This document shows positions 50,200-63,005 of a stretch of 64,000 bases of DNA, piece after piece. A program made the translations under genes and the position numbers. The stretch comes from Raja brachyura (taxonomy: Eukaryota), in contig OY740796.1 of NCBI GenBank assembly GCA_963514005.1, forward strand, positions 14,260,001 to 14,324,000. The letters are read 5' to 3'. The notes below the pieces were generated by a model, which ran no database searches, had not been told where the DNA came from, and was given only the letters and a program-made list of their open reading frames with translations. Each line of letters opens with the position of its first letter. Within the stretch, counting starts at the first letter, position 1.

Positions 50200-51180
50200 T
50201 CAAGTGTTTTATTGTCGTATGTCCTGAGAAGAAACAATGATATTCTTACTTGCAGCAGCACAACAGATGTGTAAACATAGTACGTTGGAACCGCTATAAT
50301 AAAAAAAAGAGTTCAGTTCAGAGATACAGCGCGGAAACAGGCCATTCGGGCCACCTAGTCCGTGCCAACCAATGATCTCCACTCACTAACACCATTCTAC
50401 GCATACTAGGGACAATTTATAATTTTACCAAGCCAATTGGTAAAGCTGTGGAATTCTCTGCCTCAGAGGGCGGTGGAGGCAGGTTCTCTGGATGCTTTCA
50501 AGGGAGAGCTAGATAAGGCACTTAAAAATAGTGGAGTCGGGGGATATGGGGAGAAGGCAGGAACGGGGTACTGATTGGGGATGATCAGCCATGATCACAT
50601 TGAATGGCGGTGCTGGCTCAATGGGCCGAATGGCCTACTCCTGCACCTATTGTCTATTGTCAATTAGCCTGCAAACCTGTACGTCATTGGTGTGTAGGAG
50701 GAAATGAAGCACCCAGAAAAAACCACCACAGATCACGGGAGAGAAGGTACAAACTCCGTGCAGGCAGCAAGCCTGGTCAGGATCAAACCCGTGCCTCTGG
50801 TGCTGTAAGGCAGCAATTCTACCGCTGTGCCACCCCATTCACTATATTTACTATATTAAAAACCAATAATTGTGCAAAGACGTAAACAATGCATCAAGTC
50901 TATGGAGCTCGGAGCAAATGTGCAGGTTGTAGAGTTTAATCAACTGAAGGTTGTTGGGAAGAAGCAGCTCGTGAACCTGGAGGTTACAGTTTTCAAGCTT
51001 CCATACCTTCTTCTTGATGGCAGGATCAAAACGCGAGTGTGATCAGGGTGGTCTGGGTCTCCAATGATGCTGGCTGGCACTTGAAGAGCGCTTTGATGTT
51101 AGGAACGTCCGTGCCCGTGATGGACAGTGCAGTGCTCACCACCTTTTTGTAATCATTGTCGTTCCTGGGTGTTTGAACCT
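50200..51180 (-). mobile_element. Nested Rex/Babar LINE > HE1 SINE (50323-50835) > CR1 tail (+, ~50445-50660)
   Basis: Each host sequence resumes after its insert. caatt is duplicated around the CR1 tail. Confidence 0.75.
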
Positions 51181-51362
51181 GTAGAAGTTCAAGAGAATAT
51201 CCATTGACGTAACGAATATCCTCGCAACAAACACTGCTGGAGGAACTCAATGGGTCAGGCAGCATCTGTGGATGGAAATGGGCAGATGTGTTTCAACTCT
51301 GGATTCCTCTCATGATCTCCCGACCCGAAACATCGACTGTCTACTTCCTCCCACATGTGTTG

Positions 51363-51649
51363 TACGAACTCCTACGACCTTCCACGAGTATGTTCACGAG
51401 CTCCTACGAGTAAAAAGTAACAATTTTCTTTCATCACCAGTATTTTTTTACTCGTGAAGTTTTTGCAACACAGTGAAAAATGTCCACGAGTAAAAAAATA
51501 CTTGTGATGAAAGAATTGTTACTTTTTACTCGTAGGAGCTCGTGAACATACTCGTGGAAGGTCATAGGAGTTTGTAGAATACCACGAGTTTGATTTATTT
51601 TTAAACTCGGGAGAGCCCTGGGGTAAACTCGCATCGTGGGACAGGGGCT
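51363..51649. mobile_element. Palindromic MITE, probably PIF/Harbinger-related, left end truncated
   Basis: ~93-bp inverted arms (51363-51456 and 51485-51576). Right terminus GTGGGACAGGGGCT followed by TAA. Confidence 0.7.
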
Positions 51650-52408
51650 TAAGAGAGAAAATACTTAAAAAAACATGTTTTTAGACAAGGCTGTAGAAGA
51701 AAATGGCGACAATTCAATGCCAGATAGAACATAGAACAGCACAGGACGAGGCGCTTCTGCCAACAATGTCTGTGCTAATCCCTCTGTTCCCTGCATATCC
51801 CTGTGCCTACCTAAAATCCCCTTCAATACCACTATTATATCTGCCTCCAGCACTGTTCCAGGCACCCTCTGTGTAAAGAACATTGCCTTTAAACTTTACC
51901 CCTCTCACCTTAAAACTATGCCCTCTGCAATATCATATGTCTCTGATTCTGTGCTGGGGATGTCACAAGGTGGCTATGTTACTTAGGTACTACAACAAGA
52001 TGACTGAGCCTTTATGTGTCCTTTGCGTTGAGCTAATCAGAAAAAGAAATCTGCAATTAATAAAAGCTAATATTAATGTTACTATTCATGATTTAGTGGG
52101 AGTGGGGAGTGGCATAGGGGGCAGAGCCCTCGTGCCAAAGACCGGGGTTCAATTGTGGCTTTGGCTGCTGTCTACTGGCTGCGGTGCTGGCTCGAAGGGC
52201 CGAATGGCCTACTCCGCACCTATTGTCTATTGTGTGGAATTTGCACGTTCTCCTTGTTCGTTCGCCTGTGTGCCAGACGACGTGTAGCTCGCTGTTGGCT
52301 TCCGGCGTCGTCCAACATGTTGACAGAATTGGTCACCTGACGCGTCTCTGAGAACATCGTGTCGTCGTTTCCGGGGGTCGCCATGAGGAGGCTTCTGTCA
52401 TGATCCCC

Positions 52409-52980
52409 GTTCTCCTTTGGACCATGTGGGTTTCCTCCAAGTGCTCCGGTTTCTTCCCACCTCCCAAAGACATGCAGATTTGTAGGTTAATTGGCCTCTA
52501 TAAATTGCCCCCAGTGTGTAGGGAACGGATGCGTAAGTGGGATAACACAGAACTAGTGTGAACAGGTGATCGATGGTTGGTGCGGATTCGATGGGCCGAT
52601 AGGCCAGTTTTCATGCTGTATCTCTCTATATCTCTAAACCCATTTGGTTCCATCAGTGTGGGAAGTCTGCATTCTGGTCTGTGTAAGATGCAAATGGTCG
52701 GCATAATGGCAGAGCAGTAGAGTTGCTGCCTTGCAGCGCTAGAGACTCGGGTTCAATCCTCAGTTTTGTACAGAGTTTGTACGTTCTCCTTGTGACCGCA
52801 TGGGTTTTCTCCAGATGCTCCTGTTTCCTCCCACACTCCACAGACATGCATGTTTGTAGGTTAATCGGCTTCGGTAAAAATTGTAACTTGTCCCTATTGT
52901 GTTGGATAGTGTTAATGTTCGGGTGATCACTGGTTGGCGCAGTGGGCTGAATGACCTGTTTCCACGCTGTATCTCTTAAA
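52409..52980 (+). mobile_element. Two tandem HE1-like SINEs (52409-52640, 52699-52980)
   Basis: V-domain GGGTTTCCTCC..GCTCCGGTTTC.TCCCAC in both. tRNA head in the second. Confidence 0.85.
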
Positions 52981-53289
52981 TCAGTATCTCGAAAGTAAAG
53001 TCATTAGCGACCCTCTAACTTTCTGATAGCTCACCAGCAGTTATGAATGATACCAATATCTCTGCCAAGAGCCCCACAATTTCTTCCCTAACATCCTAGC
53101 ATACACTTGATCAGGTCCCAGGGATTTATCCACCATTATACATTTGAGACCTCCAGTACCTCCTCTTCTGTCGACTCACTTCAAGACAACACTATTAACT
53201 TTTCCAAGTTCACAGTAAATATAGACCACACCTGCTTCAAGTAAAAGGTGAGTTACGTAAACCATCAAAATTGGCCCTGATTAAGAAAG

Positions 53290-53400
53290 AAGTGCAGTTG
53301 CTGGAAAAATCAAAGGTAGACAAAAAAGCTGGAGAGGCAGCATCTATGGAGTGAAGGAATAGGCGACGTTTCGGGTCGAGACCCTTCTTCAGACTGATGT
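53290..53400 (-). mobile_element. Penelope-derived half element with intact hammerhead core motif
   Basis: Minus strand acatcagtCTGAAGAAGGGTCTCGACCCGAAACGTC, core at 53392-53365. Confidence 0.8.
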
Positions 53401-53479
53401 CGGGCCCTGTGATACTTCTGCACCAGTCCTATCTTTTTTCATAATTTTAAAAAAAACTAAGAGTTATGTTCCCTGATCC

Positions 53480-53900
53480 CAATGTGCTTCCTCACTAAGA
53501 CTTCAGGCACCTACTCTGCCTTATTTCCCAAGAAGAGGTTGAGTTTTGCCCCCTCTCTAGAAGGGCCATCTACATATTGATTGAGAACATTTTCCTGAAC
53601 ACACAAAACAAGTCCACCCCACCCAGACCTGTAGCATTTTGGCCGTCCCCGTGGATTTTTGGAAAGTTAAAATCACCAACTAACGCAACCCTGTATTCCA
53701 TGCAGCGCTCTGTGATTTCCCCATATTTCCTCCTCTAACTCCCATTGATTATTGGGGACCGTATAATACAATACAATACAATCTCATCACATGTATCACC
53801 CCCTTCCTTTTTCTCTGTTCCATTTATACAGCCGCACTGGACAGGTCCCTGGCAATATCCTCCCTAAATACCACCACGATTTGCTCCGTAAACAACAAAA
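53480..53900 (-). mobile_element. CR1 ORF2 APE-endonuclease remnant
   Basis: Reverse strand encodes RVALVGDFNFP. Confidence 0.7.
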
Positions 53901-54294
53901 AACAACGACATCATTCTTAGCTCTATCCTTCCCGTAGCATTTTCCACATCTGTGCCCGCAAATGGAGCCACTTCATCTAATCTTATGTTATTTACTTCCT
54001 TGACCTTGTCTCTAATCCTCTTTCCCAATGCATATTCAATTGGGTTTTAAATAATGTCAAAAAAATAATCCCTTGCGGTAAAAGATTACACGTTCTAATA
54101 AACCTAAAACAAGCTTTACACATGTGCTGAAAAGGTCTTCTAATTCGTCTCATTATCCTTCTGGTGGTAATGTCCTTGGTTATTGATTTGCAAACTAAAT
54201 ATTGTAACTGCTAACAGAATATGAAAATAAAAAGAAGGCAGATCTGAATTGAAAGAAGGCCAGTCAGCATCTGTGGAGAGGTAAACTCAGTTTA

Positions 54295-54510
54295 AGTCAT
54301 AGTCGTACAGCACGGAAACGGACCCTTCGGCCCAACTTGCCCATGCCGAAAATAATGCCCCATTTACACATGTGCCACCTGCCTTCATTTGGCCCATAAC
54401 CCACTAAACCTTTCCTATCCATGTACTTGTCCAATTGCCTTTTAAATGCTGTTATAATCCCTGCCTCACCCATCTCCTCTGGCAGCTCATTCTGTACACC
54501 CACCACCCTC
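54295..54510 (-). mobile_element. CR1 3' tail
   Basis: QRVVGVQNELPEE..EAGIITAFKRQLDKYM. Confidence 0.85.
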
Positions 54511-55037
54511 TGTGTCTGGGATCCTTTATCAGAACGGGGAAAGGGAGAAGAACAAGTTTGTTTTAATTTGCAGAGAATGGGAGATATATAGGAAAGGGGA
54601 ATATCTGTGATGGGGTGAGACCAGGTGAAATGGATAAAGCAGGACAATCTATAGGGTGATTGTCTGTATTATATGCTGCTGATAGCAGGGTGTGGAATGT
54701 GTCCAGCAAGTCAGGCTGTACTTGTGGAAAGAGAACAACCAAGGCAATGTCACAGATGGATGACTTACTGCAGAAATGACCCAGTTCTAATATAAGCAGG
54801 AAGAAAGAAGAATGAAGTTGGAGAATTTCATATTGAGTGTGGAAGACTGCAACGTGCCCAGACAGTAGATGAGGTGCTCCTCACTGAGCTTGTATTGTGT
54901 CTCAGTATAACAGGGCTGGGGGCCACAGACTGATAGGTCGGAGTGGGATGCGGAATGACAGAGGCAGGCAGTAGTACTCAGAGTCGTCACTGTGGATTGA
55001 TTTAAGTGCTTCACAAAGCCATCACCCGCCACCCAAT

Positions 55038-55330
55038 TCGGGGCGGCACGGTGGTGCAGCAGTAGTGTTGCTGCCTCACAGCGCCAGAGACCCTGGTTCG
55101 ATCCTGACCACGGGTGATGTCTGTACGGAGTTTGTACATTCTCCCTGTGCCCTGCGTGAGTTTTCACCGGGTGCTCTGGTTTCCTCCCACCCTCCAAAGA
55201 CGTACGGGTTTATAGGTTAATTGGTTTCGGTAAAATTGTAAATTGTTCCTAGTGTAAAGGATAGTGTTCATGTGCGGGGTTCGCTAGTTGGCGCGGATTC
55301 GGTGGGCCGAAGGGCCTGTTACCGCGCTGC
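55038..55330 (+). mobile_element. Near full-length HE1-like V-SINE
   Basis: GGGGCGGCACGGTGGTGCAGCAGTAG A-box, GGTTCGATCC B-box, V-domain and CR1-derived tail. Confidence 0.92.
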
Positions 55331-55454
55331 TGAACTGCATCACTGAACTAAACAGGGTTTGATTTCTCTAATGTTGTGGTGACTAGACTTTGAGCATTAA
55401 ACTGTAAAAAGTGCACGGTGGTTAATTGTTTCACCTGGAAAACTCTTTGGATGT

Positions 55455-55665
55455 AGACGCAAGGAACTGCAGATGCTGGAATCTTACATTGGACACAAAG
55501 TGCTAGATAACTCAGCGGGTGAGCCAGCATCTTTGGAGGACATGGATCGGCAATGTTTTGGGTTGTGGCCCTTCTACAGAAGAGGGTTCCGGCCCAAATT
55601 GTCACCTTTCCATGTCCTCCAGAGTTACAGCCTGACCTGCAGAGATAGTCCAGCACTTAGTGTTC
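55455..55665. mobile_element. Fold-back Penelope-derived element
   Basis: aaggaactgcagatgctgg arm with an inverted partial copy. Confidence 0.72.
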
Positions 55666-55879
55666 TACATGTATTGAAATATGTTACTTGAGAAAGACAG
55701 TGGTAGTGAGGATGAAAAAATAGACAAAGGAATTGGAAAGGTATCTTCGAAATACTACAGGGAGGGGAATATGTGTTGGTGGTGAATTCCTGTTGGACTT
55801 GGTCCCAGCTATGAAGGATGATATGTTGAATACACAGACTGGTGGGATGGAACTAATAATTATTGTTTGTTGCAAGTGC

Positions 55880-57010
55880 AACTGAATGCAAAAGTAGCAA
55901 GATTCTACATTATAAAGACCTCATCTGGATTGCTGTGTTGTGTTGGATAACTTACTGGATGGAGTAAGATAACAAATATGTGGGAAACATTTCAGAAGAG
56001 GTTTACCAGACTAATACCAGGAATGGGCAAGTTGACTTATGAGGAATGGCTGTCCTATGAGGCTAGGTGTGTATTTAGTTTATTTAGTTTAGTTTTTGGA
56101 GATACAGTGTAGAAAAGTGCCCTTTGGCCCACTGAGTCTGTGCAGACCAGCGATCACCCATACACAAGTTCTATCCAACATACTAGGGACAATTTACAGA
56201 GGCAAATTAACCTACAAACCTACACGTCTTTGGAATGCAGGAGGAAACCAGAGTACCCAGAGAAAACCCACAAATCAAAGGGAGAACATACAAAGTCTAT
56301 ATAGACAGCTGGACAGCACCCACAGTCAGGATCAAACCTAGTCTCCAGCGTGTAAGGTTACCCCTGTACCACTGTGTCACCCTTGTATCTGCTGGAGTTT
56401 AGAAGAGTGAGAGGGACTTATTTGAATCATATAATATCTTACGAGCAAGAAGACAAAATGCGCTGGAGTAACTCAAAGGATCAGGCAGCATTTCTGGAAG
56501 ACATGGATAGGCGACATTTCGGATTGGGACCCTTCTTCAGACCTGAAACGTTCCTATCCATGTCCTCCAGAGATGCAACTTAACACGTTGAGTTATTTCA
56601 GCACTTTGTGGTCTTTTTTATAAACTAGCATCTGCAATAATTTGTGTCTGCAATATCTTGAGGGATCTTGAGATTCCTTTTATGGGAAAAATAAGAACTT
56701 GGGCCGGCTGGGTGGGGTGGGGGGTGGGAGGAGCAGGGACACTGTTGGGAAATAACATATTACCCATTTAAGACAGAGATGAGGTGAGATCTTTACTCTA
56801 AGAGGATCATAAACGTTTGGAGATCTCCTCCTTTAAGTGTGGTGGAAAAAGGGTTTTTGAATATTTGTAAAGCACATAGTTACATAGTGTGGTGCATAGA
56901 TTTATGGTAAGCAAACAGTGGAAGTGACTGCAGGAAGACTGGAATGCACAGTTGTGTTTGCAGTTATTTAAGCAATGATCCAAAGGACTGCTCCTGTTCC
57001 TAATGCCTAT
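55880..57010. mobile_element. CR1 fragment (+) interrupted by HE1 SINE (-, 56098-56375) and fold-back Penelope derivative (56450-56650)
   Basis: Motif similarity to other copies in the window. Confidence 0.72.
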
Positions 57011-57229
57011 GTTTATACCTAATGTCATATTGAAAAGATCATCTTCAGGGCACATAAACAGAGATATTCGTTACAGTGGAATACAGTGATTTTTCAGAAT
57101 CGCAAATTCCCCACTCTTGACCCAATCCTTACCTTTGCTCAGATTTGTTATTCACCCCAAAAGCAATGATCTGAATGGTGTGCAATTAATCCTGCCATGA
57201 CTCAACCAGTAGCTTGAACAAATTCAGAA

Positions 57230-57590
57230 GTCCATAAATTCATGTGATAGGAGCAGAATTAGGCCGTTTGGCCCATCAACTCTCCTCCGCCATTCAATCA
57301 TGGCTGATCTTATCTCTCCCTCCTAACACCATTCTCCTGCCTTCTCCCCGCCACCCCTGACAACCATACTAATCAAAAATCTATCAATCTCTGCCTTAAA
57401 AATATCCATCGACTTGGCCTCCACAGCCATCTGTGGCAATGAATTCCACAGATTTACCACCATCAGACGACAGAAATTCCTTCTCATCGCCTTCCTAAAG
57501 GAACGTCCTTTAATTCTGAGGCTCTGACTCCGGTCCTAGACTTTCCCACTAGTGGAAACATCCTCTCCACATCTACTCTATCCAGACCTT
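57230..57590 (-). mobile_element. CR1 3' end
   Basis: Reverse complement of the tail seen at 32480-32815. Confidence 0.85.
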
Positions 57591-58149
57591 TGAACATTTG
57601 TTTTTCTTTGTAGTGTTATTTTCAGCGTTGCATTTTCTTTGCATACCTGAGAGAGCCCACAGCTTCATTGAGGCTGTCTGCCACTGATCTTCTCAGAACT
57701 ATTCAAAAAGTGCAGCTCAAATACTATTCATATACCCCTACTTAACAGCGGTCATTCTTCACAAACTAGTTGCAATGCTTCCTGTTAATTGTCGTGGATT
57801 GGATTGTACCAGTATCAGACTGGAGATTAGTTTGGGAAGAATGGGCAAATAAGGATGGTTCTCGCCTGAATTAACAGATCAGAGCCTATTGGCAAACAAA
57901 CAGAGTTACTTTGCACACTTGACAAAAAATACTTGTGTGGATGAGTCTGAGGACATGTTGATGAAGATGATCTCAGTGGTGTGTCATGGTGAAGATTGAT
58001 ATTCACCTGGTTAAACTCACAATGTCATTTCCTGATTCCACAACCGCAACTCTTGTGAATTCTCTATATTTTAAAACGTGAGAGGGTAAGATCTAGGAGC
58101 AGGAGTAGGACAGGTGGCCCCACAAATCTGCTCTGCAGATGATGCAGCC

Positions 58150-58900
58150 ACAGGGAACTGCAGATGCTGATATATTGTGTAGAACACAAAGTGCTGGAGT
58201 AACTCAGATGGTCAGGCAGCATCTCTGGAGGATATGGATAGGTGACATTTTGAGTTGAGTCTGAAGAAGGGTCCCAATCCAAAATGTCGCCTTTCCATGT
58301 CCTATTGAATAAGATGATGGAACATAGCACATAGAACAGTACGCCACAGGAACAAGCCCCTCGACCCACAATGTTTGTGCCAAACATGATGCCTTGATCT
58401 CATCTGCCTGTACGATCTAAATCCCTCTATTCCCTGCATTCCCATCTAAAAGCCTGTTAAACACCACTGTTGTATATTGCTTCAACCACCACCCCTGGCA
58501 GTGCGTTCTAGGCCCCCGCCACTCACTGTGTTAAAAAACCCTGCACATCTCTATTAAACCTTCGCCCTGATATGTTGTCAGTCTCAGCCCCACTCCCAGT
58601 CATAAACCTTGACTCCTTTGCAGCCCAAAATCAGTATCTTAAATATCTTCTGACTCAGTCTCAACAGCACCCTGAGGTTCACACTCCTAATGGTTCACAA
58701 CTCTGGCAAAGGAAGTGTCATCTCCACTTTATGTAGGTGACTTCTGACTCTGACACCACGCTAGATTATACCACGAGGGTAAACTACATCTCGGCATTTC
58801 CCTTGTCAGAGTTATGTCCATACGACCCCCATAGCTTCCAAATTCTAATGAGTATGGGCACTAATCTGCTCAACCTTTCATCGTGCAACGACCTCTCCAT
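58150..58900. mobile_element. Fold-back Penelope derivative (58150-58300) followed by CR1 tails (-)
   Basis: gagtctgaagaagggtcc centre and CR1 tail motifs. Confidence 0.7.
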
Positions 58901-59055
58901 TTCAGAAAACAACCCGGTGAACTTTTGTGAACTGCCTCCTTAAATAAGGAGACCCGGCCCGTCTCATCCCCGCTTGCGTCAGGGAGAAGATCCGAAAGTT
59001 TAGAAGATGTACCACCGGATTGAGGAACAGCTTCTTGCCCTCTGTTATCAGAATT

Positions 59056-59337
59056 TGGCGGTAGAGTTGCTGCCTTACGGCGCCAGGGACCCGGGTTCGA
59101 TCCTGACCACAGGTGCTGTTTGTACGGAGTTTGTACGTTCTCCCTGTGACCGCATGCGTTTTCTCTGGGTGCTCCGGTTTCCTCCCACACTCCAAAGATG
59201 TACGGCTTTGTAGGTTAATTGGCTTCAGTAAAGATGGTGAATTGTCCCTGGGGTGTAGGATTGTGCTAGTGTATGGCGATCACTGGTCGGTGCTGACTCG
59301 GTGGGGCGAAGGGCCTGTTTCCGTGTTGTTACTCTAA
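59056..59337 (+). mobile_element. HE1-like SINE
   Basis: B-box GGGTTCGATCC, V-domain and tail. Confidence 0.9.
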
Positions 59338-59468
59338 AATAAACACAACTAATTTCTAATTGAAATCCAAGTACTCAACGTTTACTAGTTCCCTCTAACC
59401 AATTTGCTCGTTGTACTCTGGATTCTCATAAACTTGTAAAATGCGATTTCACTTTCATAACCCACACT

Positions 59469-60240
59469 GGGCAGAACAGTTGTGCAGCAGTAGAGCTGTT
59501 GCCTCACAGCGCCAGAGATCCAGGTTCCATCCTGACTGGATCAGTTTATTATTGTTATGTGTGCCGAGGTACAATGAAAAGCTTTTTGTTGCGTCCTATC
59601 CAGTCAGCAAAAAGACTACACACGATTACAATCATGTCGTCCACAGTGTACAGATACAGGATAAAGGGAATAACGTTCAGTGCAAGATTAAGTCTAGTAA
59701 AATCCAATTTATAATAGTCCGAAGGCCTGTAATGAGGTAGATGGCAGGTCAGGACCGCTCTCTAGTTGATGATAGTTGCCTGATACCAGCTGGAAAGAAA
59801 TTGTACCTGAATTTGGAGGTATGTGTTTTCACACTTCTGTAACTCTTGTCTGATGGGAGGGGAGACCAGGGTGAGACTCGATTAGTGGCCTTGCTGAGGC
59901 AGTGTGATGTGTCGATGGAGTCAATAGAAGGGAGTTCTGTTTGCGTGATGGCCTGGGCTATGCCCACACACTCTGCAATTTCATACGCTCTTGGATGGAG
60001 CTGTCTGTGCGGAGTTTGCACGTTCTCCCTGTGTCCGCGTGGGTTTCCTCCGGGTGCACCGGTTTCCTCCCACATTCCAAAGACGTGCAGGTTTGTAGAT
60101 TAATTGGCCTCTGTAAATTGCCTCTAATGTGTATGTATTATGCAAAAAGTGGAATGGCATAGAATTAGTGAACGTGTGATCGATGGTCGGTGTGGACTCG
60201 ATGGACCTGTTTCCTTGCTGTATCCTGAAACTAAACTAAA
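59469..60240 (+). mobile_element. HE1-like SINE split by a Rex1/Babar LINE 3' end (-, ~59546-59990)
   Basis: SINE head at 59469-59537 and body resuming ~60000. The insert encodes AQAITQTELPSIDSIDTSHCLSKA...PLPSDKSYRSVKTHTSKFRYNFFPAGIRQL. Confidence 0.82.
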
Positions 60241-60349
60241 CACTCACTTTACACGATTGCATTACGATGTTCCAACTGATATGATGCTATTTCCTTTTGA
60301 TTGAACTGCACCATTTCCAATTGATAGATGTCAAGCTCTCTGACCTATA

Positions 60350-60920
60350 GCTTCCTTGCTTGAATCAGGACATTATAGTTTTCCAATCCACTGGGACCTT
60401 TCCAGAACCTCAAGAATTTTGGATGATCACAACCATCACATCCATCAGCTTTGAAGCTCTTTTTATACACCCTGGGACGCAGGCCATCAGTTTAGGGCAA
60501 CTCGCCAGCCTTTATTCCCCATTATTTTGACTGGTTTTTCAGAGCGATCATGATTCCTCGCTCGTGTTTTCCCTCAGACTTTCTACTCTTATTGGGATTT
60601 TTAATGTTATCATTGCACACCGCCGCAAAATATTTGTTCAATGTCTTTGCCATTTCCTCGTTTCCCATTATTAACTCCCCAATCTCATCCTCTCCGGCAC
60701 TAATGTTTACCTTGGCCATTCTCTTCCTAGTAGAAGCTCTCACTATGTGTTTTTATATTTCTTGCTTGCTTCCTCCCATAATCTATTTTTGCTCTTTTTT
60801 TCAGTCACCTTTTGCAAGGTTTCTAAACGTTTCACTTTCTTTCAGCTCACCGCTAATCTTTGAGGCCTCGTGTGATTTTACCGCCAACTTGTCAATGCCC
60901 TGAGCTGACTTTCTGGACCA
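60350..60920 (-). mobile_element. CR1 ORF2 mid-region fragment
   Basis: GELIMGNEEMAKTLNKYFAAV motif. Confidence 0.8.
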
Positions 60921-61284
60921 CAGATGGATCGTCCTCTTTATACTGTGTTTATTACCCAGGAGCATGTATGTAGAGCATTACATAGAACACAGAATGATAC
61001 AGCGAAATTGCAACTGAAAATCCTGATGTAAGTGCATCAAACTGAAATGTTAGCTCTGCTTCTTTGTGCACAGTTGTAGCCGGGTCTGCTGAGTATTTCT
61101 GGCCTTTTCTGGTTTTATTTCAGATTTTCTGCTTCTGCAGGTTTTTGCTTGTTAATGACAATGTATGCTGCTGTGATCCCTCTTCCATAGATGATCTTTT
61201 AATGTGAGATCATTAATTAATTAATCCTGACTCGTTGCACATGACTAGATCTAAAATAATATTCTCCCTATTTACTTTAATTTA

Positions 61285-61585
61285 GAGTTTAGTTTATTTC
61301 AGCGTGGAAACAGTCCCTTCTTCCCACCGGGTGCTGGCCGAACAGCGATCACCCGTACGAACCTAGCTCTATCCCATAATCAAGGGACAATTTACAGAAC
61401 CCAATTAACATACAAATCTACATGTCTTTGGGATATGGGAGGAAACCGGAGCACCCAGGGAAAACCCGCGCAGTCACAGGGAGAACGTACAAACTCAGTA
61501 CAGACAGCACCCATGGTCAGGATCGAACCCAGGTCTCTGGCACAGTAAGACAGCAACTCTACCTCTGTGCCACAGTGCTGCCCTC
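61285..61585 (-). mobile_element. HE1-like SINE
   Basis: Reverse-complement head, V-domain and tail. Confidence 0.88.
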
Positions 61586-62019
61586 TGTTCTAAGAAAGAT
61601 TCCTAAATGCATTACATGAGCATGTCTCGAAGGCCATCTTTGCTGATTTGATTTGCCAATTTTGTTAAACTTAAAATGCATGTATGATCTTTTCTCTGCC
61701 TGGATAGCATGCAAACAAAAGATTTACACTGTACTTCGGTGCACATGACAATAAACTGAACTATACTAAACTAAACAATTATTGCGGTACATATCCTTTA
61801 GGAACCCACTATTTCTTGATATATATTCTGTCCTTCAATGTAGCAACTAGTTGGGAGACTATAACACTCCCACAACTAATTTCTGCGCTTAATTTTCCTT
61901 TTTGTCTATCCTTATGAAATGTCAAGTCATCTGCAACATTTTTTACACATTTATTTACAATTGACTTTATTTTGTGAATGCGATATGCATTCAAAACAGC
62001 CATCCATTTTCCTCTTGAC

Positions 62020-62670
62020 TTGGGTCATACATAGCACAGTTCAACACAGAAACAGGCCCTTCGGCCCACAATGCCTATGCCAAACAAGATACCAAAATAA
62101 ACTAATCTCGTCTGCCTGTACATGATCCATATCCCTACATTCTCTGCATATCCACGTGCCTGTCTAAAAAGCCTCTTAAATGCCACTTTTGTATCTGCCT
62201 CCACCCCTGGCAGTGTGTTCCAGGCATATACTACCCTCTGTGGGGAAAAAAAAATTGCCTCGCACATCTTTAAACTTTGCCCATCTCACCTTAAAGCAAC
62301 ATTCTCGATTTATTGACAATTCCACTCTGGGCAAAAGGTTCTGACTGTCTTCTCTATCTATGCCACTCATCATTTTATACTCTTCTATCAAGTCTTCCCT
62401 CAACCTCCGGTGCTCCAGAGAAAGCAATCCAAGTTTGTCCAACATCTCTGGGCAGCTAATATTCCCTAATCAAGGCAACATTCAGGTAAACCTCTTCTGC
62501 ACCCTCTCCAGAGTCCCAAGATTCTTCCTGTAATGGGGTGACCAGAACTGCATGCAATATTCCAGATGCAGCCTAGCCAGTTTTATAAAGCTACAAGATG
62601 ATTTTCTTGCTCTGATAAACTCAATGGCCTGGCCGATGAAAGCAAGCATACCATATGCCTTGGGGTCTCG
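62020..62670 (-). mobile_element. CR1 3' fragment
   Basis: KAYGMLAFIGQAIEF, HLEYCMQFWSPHYRK, LGLLSLEHRRLREDLIE. Confidence 0.9.
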
Positions 62671-62717
62671 ACTACTCCGTCTAATGATTTTTGACTTTAA
62701 AGGAGCTATGTGGACCC

Positions 62718-63005
62718 CAGGGGTGGCACAGTTGTTGCCTTTCAGCGCCAGAGACCCGGGTTCGATCCTGACTCTGGGTGCTGTTTTATGGAGCTTGTAC
62801 ATTCTCCCTATGACCGCGAGAGTTTTCTCCGGGTGCTCTGGTTTCCTCTCGCATCCCAAAGACGTGCCGGTTTGTAGGTTAAATGCCCCCTGGAAATTGT
62901 AAATTGTCCCTAGTGTGTAGGATAGTGCCAGTGTACGGTGTGATCGCTGGTTCTCGCGGCTCGGTGGGCCGAAGGGCTTGTTTGCACGCTGTATATCTAA
63001 AAGTC
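62718..63005 (+). mobile_element. HE1-like SINE
   Basis: GGGTTCGATCC B-box, V-domain and tail. Confidence 0.9.

Noticed and set aside
51363-51576. CRISPR-like array
   Set aside because: It is an inverted repeat in eukaryotic DNA, with no direct repeat-spacer periodicity or cas genes.
55038-55110. tRNA genes at A/B-box motifs (also ~22145-22190)
   Set aside because: These are SINE heads with no complete cloverleaf.
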